This document shows positions 37,972 through 51,000 of a stretch of 64,000 bases of DNA, piece after piece; positions within the stretch are counted from its first letter, which is position 1, and every line of letters begins with the position of its first letter. The translations under genes and the position numbers were made by a program. The notes beneath the pieces are model-generated. The model searched no databases, had not been told where the DNA came from, and was given only the letters and a program-made list of their open reading frames with translations. The DNA comes from Phoronis australis. Lineage: Eukaryota; Animalia; Phoronida. The DNA is taken from positions 443,140-507,139 of the forward strand of contig NMRA01000041.1 of NCBI GenBank assembly GCA_002633005.1, read 5' to 3'.

Positions 37972-38514
37972 TTATACCACATAATAAACGAGAAACATTG
38001 CAATGAATCGATTTACCTTTTCTGGCTCTTCACGGCTTTGTAACTACTTTCTATGTCAGAGGCCCGGGGTCGGAGGTCGTGACCTTTTAAGAAAAGCCCG
38101 GCTATTTTTGTCAAATAATGCTTTTACTCAAAACCAATTGAAAACTTAAATATTATAGAAATAAATTGAATTTATAAATTAAGGTTTACCAACTATTATA
38201 GCTTAAAACACGTTTTTTCACGCTAAGCTTCGACCGGGAAATTATCGTCTGCTAAAGTAGGTTACCACTGGTAACTGACTATAATTCTCAAGTCAAAGAT
38301 CCTGACGAGACGATACCCGCATTCAAACTAGAGATCGGTGATTTACAAGTGAGAGGACATGAGAGAAAAATTTCACTGAATTAAGATATCATTTTCATGG
38401 AAATTTTGTGTCTTATTTTTCGTAGCGTATAAGTACAGTACAATGCGGTTTGTTGAACGTGCGATTATTGCGCGTGCTCATTTAAGTATTCTATTTTCAC
38501 TCTTGATAACATCA

Positions 38515-38588
38515 GTCGCTGCTTGGTGTAGTGGTAAAGTCGGCGACCTCCAACTTCAAGGGTCCCGGGTTCGACTCCGTCCTCGGTT
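38515..38588 (+). other. tRNA-derived sequence (SINE head or tRNA pseudogene)
   Basis: A box TGGTGTAGTGG and B box GGTTCGACTCC with poor stem pairing. Followed by the perfect 22-bp palindrome GTTATCTCACTAGTGAGATAAC (38601-38622). Confidence 0.7.
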
Positions 38589-40001
38589 TCCCGCCAAATC
38601 GTTATCTCACTAGTGAGATAACTTTATGGGTTATTACACGGTTGTATCTGCCATTTGACGCCAAACACAATATCGTAAGGGAATTAGAGTAATATTGAAA
38701 CGTCATTCTCAAAGATGCATGTGCCATCGTTTCCTCGATGGAAACGTTTTGACTAAATTTCATGAAATGTCACCAAAGAAATCTAAAAATTGACATTGAC
38801 TGATTTGATCACCATAGAAACATATTTGCAAAAATTAATGAAGCCTCGTTATGAGGTTTATGAGATATAGCTACATACTTTCCTTAGTCAGGCACCGTAA
38901 AATAGTCGATGGTTTGTCTTTTCTATAGGTTGTTGATTAGAAACAAACATATTTTGATTTTCATATTTTCTAATTCAGACGTCAAACTGGTGAAGAGTGT
39001 GATTCATTGAAAATTCCGAGCACCCCGCAAGCTGGCCCTCACAGCACCTCACAAATGGCTGAAAATCAAAGTTGGGTAAAATCTATCGAATTTTTGCACT
39101 CCGTTGAAGGTTAACGAAACCCCTTAAAATTCAAAGACTGTCTTTTGATAGAGAGATTCAACTTGGATGTCTACATATACATTATAAAAAGTTCTATCCC
39201 GTTCTTTTTAGCCGTTTTAAAACAACTTCATTAACTGAACCTTGTTGAACCAAAAGTGAGCTATTTTGCTAAAATATTCACGACGTTCTAGCTTAAAAAA
39301 TAAGGGCCCAAAAATTCAAATAAACATTTTGAACATAGTTCACCAAGATGTATGAGCAAACAATTTTTTTCAAAATCTGAATCGGTGACCCGAGAGTCGA
39401 CCTTTTGGTCTTCTTGTGGAAGCACTTTCTGATATTGATGAACGTGGCAAGAATTTGGAAAGCCGGAGTTGTTTATCGAAAGGTATTTGTAGATGAAATG
39501 ATTTGTCGAGACTCTTCTGAGACTGGATTAAACGTCGCCAAAGAAATGGTGCATTTTTATGATTTGATCTCAATTTGGAGAGGATTGAGGCCATTTTGAA
39601 ATTCACCATTTTTTAATGACGATGGCTTTGAGAAATATATTCACATGAACGAATACAAACAAACGTTTCAGTTACAACGTAAGCTATCTTTTGTTTTGTT
39701 CTCATAGCAAAGGATACGTCCATCGCATGATGAATAGACACCCGGCAACACCGCCATCTATCACCATTCGATGTCTTACTCCTTATCTAGTTTCCCCTTA
39801 CTTATAGTAATTGCCGCCAGATGATGTCCTATCCTGTTTCTGATATTAATTTGTTAGCACACGTGGTTATTTGGTCTAATTTTGCTTTTCGCAGGCGCAT
39901 AGTCACTTTAGTTTTGTCCTTGAGATGGAACCTGCGTACGTTCCAAGAAATAGAACCAGTATATCGATGAGTTGAAATGTGTTTGTCCACGACCAGATTG
40001 G

Positions 40002-40054
40002 GTTGCTGCATGGATTGAACTTAAAAAGCTTTTAAGTTCAATCCATGCAGTAAC
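40002..40054. repeat. 53-bp near-perfect palindrome
   Basis: gttgctgcatggattgaacttaaaaagcttttaagttcaatccatgcagtaac. Confidence 0.9.
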
Positions 40055-40239
40055 TCGTCTTCATGATGCACAATGTATCGAGTCAGATTTTTAAGACTAT
40101 AGAGAGAGCGTTGAATTTGACTTGTATGCAAAAAACTGAGTCCGCTGCATAAACCAAATCTCCTGTTCTTTAACCATTACTGAACGCGAAGTTCAACGTG
40201 ATCGCCTGCCTAATCGCCAAACATTTTAAGATGACTGTT

Positions 40240-40650
40240 GCAACGAAAAATACGAATTGTTGATCTATTCTGGCGAACTGTGACTTAATTTCCAAGTTTA
40301 TTATGCGTGGGGACTGGAATATGATAATCGATAGCCGAAAAGACGCTATTACTAATAGAAATGTTAACAATCCAAGTACACGCAGATAAGTTTTAGAGCT
40401 TTTAAAAGAAAAAAATGGTTGGCATTTGGAGAGCATTTCACCAAGGCGAAAATAGTTTCACATAGTTTAAAACACCCTGTGAAAATGAGTAGAGTGGACA
40501 TTTTTCTTGCTACGGAAGACTTTTTCTTCAGTTTTTCAGACTCTTCTATTTTGCCAGCCTGTATCAGATCACGCGACGGTTATAGTTAAATTTTTCATTT
40601 CTGGAGACACAAGATGGAACAGTTACTGGAAGTTTAAAGTCATCCGTTTT
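40240..40650 (+). pseudogene. Decayed L1/Tx1-type endonuclease fragment
   Basis: IMRGDWN, IWRAFHQGENSFT, SRVDIFL, SDH and YWKF motifs in order across frameshifts. Confidence 0.75.
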
Positions 40651-41260
40651 AAAAACCTCACCGAATCTGCATAACAATCAGTGAAACATACTCTCTTATA
40701 TAGTCCGGATACCTATCGTCGTCAGGCTCCGATGGTCGTCCGCCATCTTCTTTCGCCTGCAGCGCAGTCACGCGGGAATTAGCGTTCCAATATATCTAGA
40801 TCAGTCGTCTGCACCTTAGGTACCGTCAGAGGTCCTAATGTCGTGAGTGCCCTAAAGTCGTGAACGATCTTATTTCCTCTTCTGCGCAGCTCCGCGACAT
40901 CTGGCATTGAAGTTTCCAGCGTTCGTCTGCTTACGAACATCAAACGAATACCAGGACGTGTTTTTAGTATTCACAATATGATATCAAACGGTGAGTGAGT
41001 GGCTTCTTTTTTCAAATGTATCTTAAAAACAGCATATTTCACTAATCCACTTTTTGTGCATTTTTGGGATATATTTTCGAAAATATTCATCGTTCAAATT
41101 TACTCAAACACGCGCTTCAGGGATAGCTTGAACAATGTATCAATATGTCCCAGGGTCGATCAAGTTTTGTAAGGCCAAAGCAATAAAATACAGAGAGATA
41201 ATTGATGCTGGGTTCTTAGTGTTTTACGTGAAAGACCTCATTGAAAACGTCTGTGCACAT

Positions 41261-43260
41261 CATAGACTATAGTACATGGACCGCCAACTCCGTATACAGT
41301 ACTTTCAATGGACGGAATATGTGAGCCCTTACGTCATTATTCACTGGCGACACCTGGCTAAATTTTCTGGTGCAATTTCCGGCAAGTACGTCGTCTGCTA
41401 ATCATGGTCGGCTACTGTGTGGCCGGTTGTTCGACCACACACGCGAAATGCAAAGGAATTAGCTTCCATACCATCCGAAGACCCCATAATCGGCTGTGGG
41501 AAGAAGACCTTACTTCTTGTGTCAACGTGAATGGCAGTTGTTTCAGCTATAAGACTTTATATATTTGTTCAAGGCACTTCGAAGATGAATGTTTTTAAGA
41601 CTCTACTACTTAATCCTGTCTTCACAAATCCATTTTTGTTTTCTCCGCTTTGATGAAAACTATCTGGTAAACTTTTTGACGAAAATTATCCTGTAAATTT
41701 CTTCCAAAGGTAGTGAACGCTGGTGAAACCTTTAACATAAATAAAGATTACATTAATACTTCATAAATAACCACTCGGACCAGTCAAAATCTCCCAATTC
41801 AACAGCAGGTTACACACTCATTTCATGTCGAATATATGCCGCACAAAGTCTCTCGACTGCAGTCTATGAAAATGCAACCAACTTCTTTGAAAACATGGAA
41901 AGGAACACCAGATGGGTGTAAAGGTTGTTTTTATTCTTCAATATTAATTTCTTTGTAAGCGGACATATGGTTTTTTAAATTTCCGCCTTAAGTCCTAACA
42001 TTTCTAAACTGAAGCCTTTCAAACAAAGGTTTATGACGAAAACAAAATTCTTCAACCAGTTTTGTAAAGTCGTATGCCACCTGTAGGGTACATAATGAGC
42101 CAATCCCACTCATAATGTAACAAGACTTTGAAAAGCGTTTCAATGCCGAAATTAATATTTTTCGTTGTTTTGGACTGTAAAGTATATGTAAGTATTTCTC
42201 GTCAAAATACACTAACCGGAAACTGCACCAGAAAGGTCAGGAGAGTTCAGCTCATCACGTAAGAATATGCCGGAGTTGCGAATCTGTTGTCTTTAAAGTC
42301 CTGCTCTCACACGTTGTTAAACCTTATTACATGGTTACATGTAGAGGATGTTATAAGGATCCAACAAGTATCTACCCCATAACTAATACACGACACGTAC
42401 TCGAAAAAAAGTTTAAATGAACGTGCCACTCACGATTGGCACCCGAAAAACCACCGCCATTTTGAACTTGCCGCGAATTACCCGGAAGTACAATTCATTC
42501 AGGAACCCAGGCCGAGAAAACGCCGTCAGTGCGACTGGAGCAGTGCCTATACTGTTACCAGCCAGCAAACGGGGATAAAATAATCGACAGCGCGCCTTAA
42601 TTTTAATAAAATAAAACTACGGACAATTTTATCGAATTTGCTGAAGAAATGTGGCGAATAAGTTATGACAGAAATAATTTTGCCAAACTCGGGACCGCAG
42701 TCTGTCGGACCCGGTGCGGATCGAGACCAGACACTGGCGAACGATAAATGCATGCGGTTGCAAGCTGTTTTGTCGAAGTAAAACGGTCAAATGATAAATG
42801 CTGCACATATTCAAGGGTAGTTTCAGACACTTGCATGAAATTACGGGCTGGTTAGTGCTGTGTCACACTGCCGCGGCAGACCTTAGTTAGCCTCAGTCAC
42901 CAGCTACGAGTGAAGACTATCGTCAAAATACAGCTTGTTAGTAGGCCTATACAACTTTGCGCCAAGGCTACCCTTAGGCCTAACTGGTCGCTGGCCGCAG
43001 CGCTCGCTCAAACGAGGTTTATTTAGAGTTTGGGTACTTCTGGTGAACTGTGCAAAGTTGTTGGCTTTCAATAGAGATTTTCCCAGACTTTGTATGAGCG
43101 CACCAAGCCTAAAAGAATGTGGGGGGTTCGACCCATATTGGTTCCTAGGTTCGACCGGCCTACGTAATGCTATTTTAACATACTAAGTACGCGTAATTTA
43201 TGTAGTATTTTCAGATACTGGAACCACATGGGCAGTTTGAGAGCAGGGCTATAATCTATG
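41261..43260 (+). mobile_element. P-element-like transposon, internally deleted
   Basis: TIRs CATAGACTATAG / CTATAATCTATG; perfect 8-bp TSD GTGCACAT (41253-41260 and 43261-43268); THAP ORF near the left end. Confidence 0.92.
41404..41598 (+). CDS. THAP zinc-finger domain (truncated transposase N-terminus)
   Basis: MVGYCVAGCS...ISFH...LW...ICSRHFEDECF fits the C2CH THAP signature. Confidence 0.88.
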   Translation: MVGYCVAGCSTTHAKCKGISFHTIRRPHNRLWEEDLTSCVNVNGSCFSYKTLYICSRHFEDECF

Positions 43261-45143
43261 GTGCACATTAAAGTTGGGTGCAAAACATACATGTATAACA
43301 CATTTATTTCAATTGAAATTGAATTAATAAACAATGCAATGTATTTTTATGTCGTCTAGAGTAACTGTAAGTACTGTAGTTGACTTGTGTGGTCTTACTT
43401 CGTGCATTTCCGTCTAAACGAAACGTTCACGACCTTAGGGCCTCATTCAAAATGGCCGGCGATATCAGCGACCGTTTTAAAACTCTGCTTACGGATACGA
43501 ACAAGGATTAAGATTGTCAAAACACGTATATTTGTGAAGGCTGACGTCCATGAGCAGTTGCAAACGGACTTTGGGTAGTACGACAATCAACTGCTTATTA
43601 TGCTTATATTCACGACTTTAAGTCACCGGACAACGCCAGAAATATCTGACATAGGCAGTGCGCATGCGCAGCCAGCAGCTAACTATTCCCCCACAGAAAT
43701 ACACACNCAGGTTTCAAGCTCCTCAGCTTGGTTTAACTATATATTAATAAACCATAAAAATGGTTCCAAGTGATCAGTGCAATAGCTGCGCACGTCTAAT
43801 AAATGTGTTTCATGCAGCTCTTGATTTAAACAAAGGTCTGTTTTTTAATTTTGGTCCGGTATAAATAACGCCACAGATCTGGAAATCCAGCGAAACACTT
43901 CTACCTTACAAATCTGACAATCCCTAGTCTCAGAAAATTTGAGCACCCGGCAAAAGATACTAATGATGAAATTCTGGGGATGATAATCACCCACTTTGTT
44001 TATTTACTTTATCACCTCAATTCGAAATACTTGGTCAAATGAAGCCCATTCGAGTAAGCATTATGTGGGTCCCATTGCCAACCCAATATACAATATGATA
44101 GAACCCAACTACTTCAAGTTGCAGTTAAATCAGGATGGGCATAGATAAGGAAATTTGCTGCATCAACAGATTGGCCTAATAAGAATAAGATACAAAGTGT
44201 TGCTACAGTGCACACGTGCAGGAGACTTGGTCTATTATTTTCCCGCCGTAAATGCATGAACCAATCAGATCACCAATGGCGCAAACTTTTCGAAAACAGC
44301 TCGATTTTTAGGAGTCCTGTTTTACTGTTTTATTTATTTTCAAAACTTTATTGTGTTACATTTAGTTTATTTTCTGTTAAACTCAATGAAGCCACCTAAT
44401 ATGAATGCATTCAACCCCCATTAATGCCTTGTAAAAACCAAAAGTTATGCTCTGTCAACGTTAGACAAAATCAGTACACCCCTTTCTCAAAAATGGGTTA
44501 AAAGTTAGAAACAAAGGACACAAGTTTCCATCACTTGTAACGTCGATTTTCGACATTGATGTTGGGGAGGAACATCAGTTTGGCGACAGCAACACGGAAT
44601 CGTACGAAGGCGATGATTTTCAAACTTTGATTCGTTTTCGTAGTATGACTTTTTTCCCTATGGTTCAGGGCTACTTCTGAACCCAGGAACAAGAACTGAA
44701 AAATGCAGGGTTCGTGATAACGTTGGAGAACGGTAACATTTATATAAGTTGTTACAACTGTCATCGATATTGTCATCTCCTCTGTTTTCATCTAACCTTC
44801 CCAGATGAAAACTTGAATGAAGAGGACCTTCAGTACTTGAGTGAGCATGGTATACTGTGTGATTTATGTTGAATTATTCAACAGTTCTTTTAAGAACCAT
44901 TTCACTCTATAGCTACAACCAACATCCCTTTTAAGGGCCACTCAACACTTCCCAGAAGAACTGCTCACTTGAGAATGTTGATTAATAAACATGCTTTCGC
45001 AGTTTTATCAGTAGGCCTATGTGAACCATGAATCAAAAACTGTCCGATAACTATGCTGCTATTGGGCAAGCAGACGACATAATCAGTCGGCACCGAAGTT
45101 TAAATTTTGTAATTAATTACCAGTAGCATTGCCAAAAGTACTC

Positions 45144-46730
45144 ACAAGACTTTGAAAAGCGTTTCAATGCCGAAATTAATATTTTTCGTTGTTTTGGACT
45201 GTAAAGTATATGTAAGTATTTCTCGTCAAAATACACTAACCGGAAACTGCACCAGAAAGGTCAGGAGAGTTCAGCTCATCACGTAAGAATATGCCGGAGT
45301 TGCGAATCTGTTGTCTTTAAAGTCCTGCTCTCACACGTTGTTAAACCTTATTACATGGTTACATGTAGAGGATGTTATAAGGATCCAACAAGTATCTACC
45401 CCATAACTAATACACGACACGTACTCGAAAAAAAGTTTAAATGAACGTGCCACTCACGATTGGCACCCGAAAAACCACCGCCATTTTGAACTTGCCGCGA
45501 ATTACCCGGAAGTACAATTCATTCAGGAACCCAGGCCGAGAAAACGCCGTCAGTGCGACTGGAGCAGTGCCTATACTGTTACCAGCCAGCAAACGGGGAT
45601 AAAATAATCGACAGCGCGCCTTAATTTTAATAAAATAAAACTACGGACAATTTTATCGAATTTGCTGAAGAAATGTGGCGAATAAGTTATGACAGAAATA
45701 ATTTTGCCAAACTCGGGACCGCAGTCTGTCGGACCCGGTGCGGATCGAGACCAGACACTGGCGAACGATAAATGCATGCGGTTGCAAGCTGTTTTGTCGA
45801 AGTAAAACGGTCAAATGATAAATGCTGCACATATTCAAGGGTAGTTTCAGACACTTGCATGAAATTACGGGCTGGTTAGTGCTGTGTCACACTGCCGCGG
45901 CAGACCTTAGTTAGCCTCAGTCACCAGCTACGAGTGAAGACTATCGTCAAAATACAGCTTGTTAGTAGGCCTATACAACTTTGCGCCAAGGCTACCCTTA
46001 GGCCTAACTGGTCGCTGGCCGCAGCGCTCGCTCAAACGAGGTTTATTTAGAGTTTGGGTACTTCTGGTGAACTGTGCAAAGTTGTTGGCTTTCAATAGAG
46101 ATTTTCCCAGACTTTGTATGAGCGCACCAAGCCTAAAAGAATGTGGGGGGTTCGACCCATATTGGTTCCTAGGTTCGACCGGCCTACGTAATGCTATTTT
46201 AATTTACTAAGTACGCGTAATTTATGTAGTATTTTCAGATACTGGAACCACATGGGCAGTTTGAGAGCAGGGCTATAATCTATGGTGCACATTAAAGTTG
46301 GGTGCAAAACATACATGTATAACACATTTATTTCAATTGAAATTGAATTAATAAACAATGCAATGTATTTTTATGTCGTCTAGAGTAACTGTAAGTACTG
46401 TAGTTGACTTGTGTGGTCTTACTTCGTGCATTTCCGTCTAAACGAAACGTTCACGACCTTAGGGCCTCATTCAAAATGGCCGGCGATATCAGCGACCGTT
46501 TTAAAACTCTGCTTACGGATACGAACAAGGATTAAGATTGTCAAAACACGTATATTTGTGAAGGCTGACGTCCATGAGCAGTTGCAAACGGACTTTGGGT
46601 AGTACGACAATCAACTGCTTATTATGCTTATATTCACGACTTTAAGTCACCGGACAACGCCAGAAATATCTGACATAGGCAGTGCGCATGCGCAGCCAGC
46701 AGCTAACTATTCCCCCACAGAAATACACAC
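45144..46730 (+). repeat. Near-identical direct copy of 42120-43706 (probably a haplotype/assembly duplication)
   Basis: Offset 3024 bp; the only difference I saw is 2 adjacent bases (aacata vs aattta). The first copy ends exactly at the single N at 43707. Confidence 0.93.
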
Positions 46731-47043
46731 AAGAAGGGGTTTTCCGAGGAATTTTGATTTAGGGGAGACAACTCTGCAATTTGCCGATAGCTAGCGAGAA
46801 AAACATAGCCCTAAGGATTCATTATGCTGAATATTGGAGAGATTGGTGAAGATTTTTCGGTGTCCATTGAAGTTTGAAGTTTGCCCATGTTGATGGTACA
46901 CAGCCTATCTCCCGGAAGGCAATATTTGAGCCCAAACCCATTTTCAAATCAAATCTGTGGAGAGTATAATTCAGTTCCTTTGTTTGCCGATAGCGGAGGT
47001 CACGAACAGTGTGACCTAGATATCACAAATGCTGTTTTCGAAC

Positions 47044-48024
47044 NNNNNNNNNNNNNNNNNNNNNNNNNNNNNNNNNNNNNNNNNNNNNNNNNNNNNNNNN
47101 NNNNNNNNNNNNNNNNNNNNNNNNNNNNNNNNNNNNNNNNNNNNNNNNNNNNNNNNNNNNNNNNNNNNNNNNNNNNNNNNNNNNNNNNNNNNNNNNNNNN
47201 NNNNNNNNNNNNNNNNNNNNNNNNNNNNNNNNNNNNNNNNNNNNNNNNNNNNNNNNNNNNNNNNNNNNNNNNNNNNNNNNNNNNNNNNNNNNNNNNNNNN
47301 NNNNNNNNNNNNNNNNNNNNNNNNNNNNNNNNNNNNNNNNNNNNNNNNNNNNNNNNNNNNNNNNNNNNNNNNNNNNNNNNNNNNNNNNNNNNNNNNNNNN
47401 NNNNNNNNNNNNNNNNNNNNNNNNNNNNNNNNNNNNNNNNNNNNNNNNNNNNNNNNNNNNNNNNNNNNNNNNNNNNNNNNNNNNNNNNNNNNNNNNNNNN
47501 NNNNNNNNNNNNNNNNNNNNNNNNNNNNNNNNNNNNNNNNNNNNNNNNNNNNNNNNNNNNNNNNNNNNNNNNNNNNNNNNNNNNNNNNNNNNNNNNNNNN
47601 NNNNNNNNNNNNNNNNNNNNNNNNNNNNNNNNNNNNNNNNNNNNNNNNNNNNNNNNNNNNNNNNNNNNNNNNNNNNNNNNNNNNNNNNNNNNNNNNNNNN
47701 NNNNNNNNNNNNNNNNNNNNNNNNNNNNNNNNNNNNNNNNNNNNNNNNNNNNNNNNNNNNNNNNNNNNNNNNNNNNNNNNNNNNNNNNNNNNNNNNNNNN
47801 NNNNNNNNNNNNNNNNNNNNNNNNNNNNNNNNNNNNNNNNNNNNNNNNNNNNNNNNNNNNNNNNNNNNNNNNNNNNNNNNNNNNNNNNNNNNNNNNNNNN
47901 NNNNNNNNNNNNNNNNNNNNNNNNNNNNNNNNNNNNNNNNNNNNNNNNNNNNNNNNNNNNNNNNNNNNNNNNNNNNNNNNNNNNNNNNNNNNNNNNNNNN
48001 NNNNNNNNNNNNNNNNNNNNNNNN
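47044..48024. other. Assembly gap (N run)
   Basis: Run of n; single n bases also occur at 43707 and 53657. Confidence 1.
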
Positions 48025-51000
48025 TCGTCAAGGTTTGAAGTAGTCCATGATGAACGGATCAAATTTAGTTGCGCATGTAAGTCTTTTGAATGGACTTGGC
48101 AACCTCAAGGGTCTTAGTGTCAACTGAGCTGCGAAACGAGATGCTAACATTGTAGAGGCTTACAAGCTCATTGACACAGCAGTTGACGAAGTGCAAGCGT
48201 TGGGAACAAACATCGAAGATATCTGGGTAGAATGGGCCCGACGGCAGAAATACGACCCTTTACCGACGTCGCGCCAATTCAATTCCGACCATTTATGAAC
48301 GTCCCGCCACCCTGCAAGCGATTGTTTACCGACGTCGCACCAACGTAGAGGCGGCTGTTCGCCAACGTTGCACCAACTAAGAGGCAACTGTTTGCCAACG
48401 TCGCACCAACTTAGAGGCGCCCGTTTGCCAACGTCGCACCGACCTTCGACTTTTCAGCAACCTGATTTTCCCGCTTGCTCCCATAGAGGACATACATGTA
48501 CTGGTTTAACGATTAAATCAGTATGGCATCTATGGGAGCAATCGGAAAACGCACGTGGTTAAAAAGTCGCAGGTAGGTTCCACGTTGGTAAACAGTCGAA
48601 AACATGTTAAGAACAGTCAGGGCCACCCAACCAACTGTTGGCGACAACAATGCTCGGATTGTACATCAGGATACGCACAGCAAGCAGTATGTCATTAAAT
48701 GCATTCCTGTGTTCTTTAAGCATTTTATTAAAGCATATCGATACCAGAAATGATGAATACCAAAAATGGTAAATGATGAAGTAAATCATAAAAATTAACT
48801 ATTTGCACAGAGCATAACTTTCAAAGCTGCAAATATCTCATTATGACCTTGAATATGAAAATTTGTGGCAAGCCTCGCGAAGTGAGTTTCATGAAAACTG
48901 TGCTAACATTATAACTACACTGTAGGAAAAACAAACACTTCACCCATAAAACTTAAGACTTAATAAATAGTACATGTATGCGCGCACCCGTGGGGGATCG
49001 GGGGCTCAAACGAGCCCCTTTCCGTTTCATAGGGTGGACAAAAATGTCAGCCATGTAGAAACAAAAATATCGAAAAAAGTAGAAAACTAAAGTCCACTAA
49101 AAAGGCAGGAATAACCAAAATTCCAGGAATGCAAAATTCATAGCTCTGAACGTACCCCTGAATCTGAGTAAAAGGTCCACATTCTCAAAAATTTGAGCCC
49201 CCCATTTTTGGCTGGGTGCGCGCATGATTACTAGACTAAAAAAATAATTCTCATTACAAAGCCTGAGTTTATATATCAAAGAATACTCAAAACTACGTTT
49301 GGAACAAAAAAAAAATTGATCATTGTTCCATTAGCGTAATATTTGCCAAAGTGAGCTTTCCAGTAATTAAGGTTTCATTGCAGGACATAAAATAGAGAAA
49401 TATGAGCAAATCAACAAACTTACTGTACTTATGACTATAAGAATTATGAGTATGCCAAACATTTGGTAAAATACAACAAAAACATTTTCAAGGATACTTA
49501 AACAGGGATCCATGAAGCACTATGAAAAACACAGGACATGAGATGTAAATCAATAAACTAAAATACAATTATGTGCCTAAAGGAACATCGAATTGGCAAA
49601 TAAATAATCCCGAACTTTTCAATGAAAAGCTGAATGTTAATCAAGCTATGGAATATAGAGCACTGGAATTTAAAGCAATTTTAGCAACTGTAACAATGCA
49701 TTTCTTTCAACTGTCTAAGAATTTAATGTAAGTTGAAGAAGATGCCTCTCAACACAAAGTCTTCATAAGAAATCGGGCCCAAACAATATAAACTTTTAAA
49801 AAGACTTAACAGAATGTTAAAATTTGACCAGATTGAAACATCAGTACGAAATTAAGATGCCATCTGCAAGTTAATTAAAATACGAAATATTTTTAATCAG
49901 GCATAAAGAAGTACTCCCATTTAAACTTTTATACAATAAGGCCCAAGTTAAAATGTACTGCAGAATCAATCTGTATCTTGATCGTCACTACCAAGTTCTT
50001 GGACATAATCTAAAACTTGCACAGCTTTCCCTGCAAATTGCAAAACTACATGAAAGTAAGTTTTAAATTCAATACAAAGCAAATTCATGAAAAACATATG
50101 TTGAGGTCTTTGGTTTCATATTCAGAAAGTTTAATTTTAGGTTTAGCTTGTATGAAAAACTAAACTCTATATTAAGGAATATTACTATAAAAGTTGAAAA
50201 AAACAGTTTTGTTCACAATGCTAGAAAGACTAGGTGTTTAAAAGATTTGCCAATTCATCGATTTTGAAAACTATAACATTGTTGTTTACCTGTTTGTTGC
50301 CTCCTATCTTCTGTCACCGTCTCTGTCGCCAGAATACTTCAGCTCAGCACTTCAGCCATCATTTCAATTGATCTTCACTTTCTACCACCTTTAACTTGCA
50401 TCTTTAAATTTCAAACAAAAATATCCTATTATATGTAATTACTAAAAATGACGTAGTTAAAAAGTACAACTGACGAAGCTACGCATTATAGACTTTATTG
50501 TTCAACTTTCTCACAGCTATATTAACAGAGGTTTAAACATTTTCACATTTTACAGCAATGATGAGCAGGAAATTTACTTACCAGTAGCATATTTAATTTC
50601 TGCATGGTTCAAGACCCAGTCCACCTCAGGCTATCTCTTCTGCTCTGCTTTAAAAGTTACTTTGCTTTCAGAGAGTTGAGGGTGGCAGGTTGCAATCATC
50701 TCCCTTCGCACAAACCCAACACATGGGAACTACTTCTACACTGCCCTCATCAGTGACATACACATCAGCATACATTCTGAAACACAATGAATACCAATCA
50801 TGTTAAAATAGTCATTAGCACGTCTTTGCATTCTTCTTCTTCCATGAGCAAGTAGAAGTGCTATGGCTCTCCTTGGCCTGAGAATGCAAAATTGATCAAT
50901 CCTGTATCACCCTGGTAAGCGTTACAAGCTTATAAATGTCATCAAACAAGATAAATAAACTATATATTTGTTTAGGATTGTGGTTTTAATGTGTTATGAA

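Larger units (their letters stand above)
40823..43635. mobile_element. Possible Tc1/mariner-pogo-like non-autonomous element hosting the P element
   Basis: TA|CCGT start with taaagtcgtga repeats and inverted tcacgacttta motifs at ~43426 and ~43610; the right end is degenerate. Confidence 0.4.

Noticed and set aside
38515-38588. Functional tRNA gene (also 15846-15908 and 26437-26512)
   Set aside because: Acceptor, T or anticodon stems are broken or deleted, so they are reported only as tRNA-derived.
46881-48117. Four 340-385 aa ORFs
   Set aside because: They run through the N gap.
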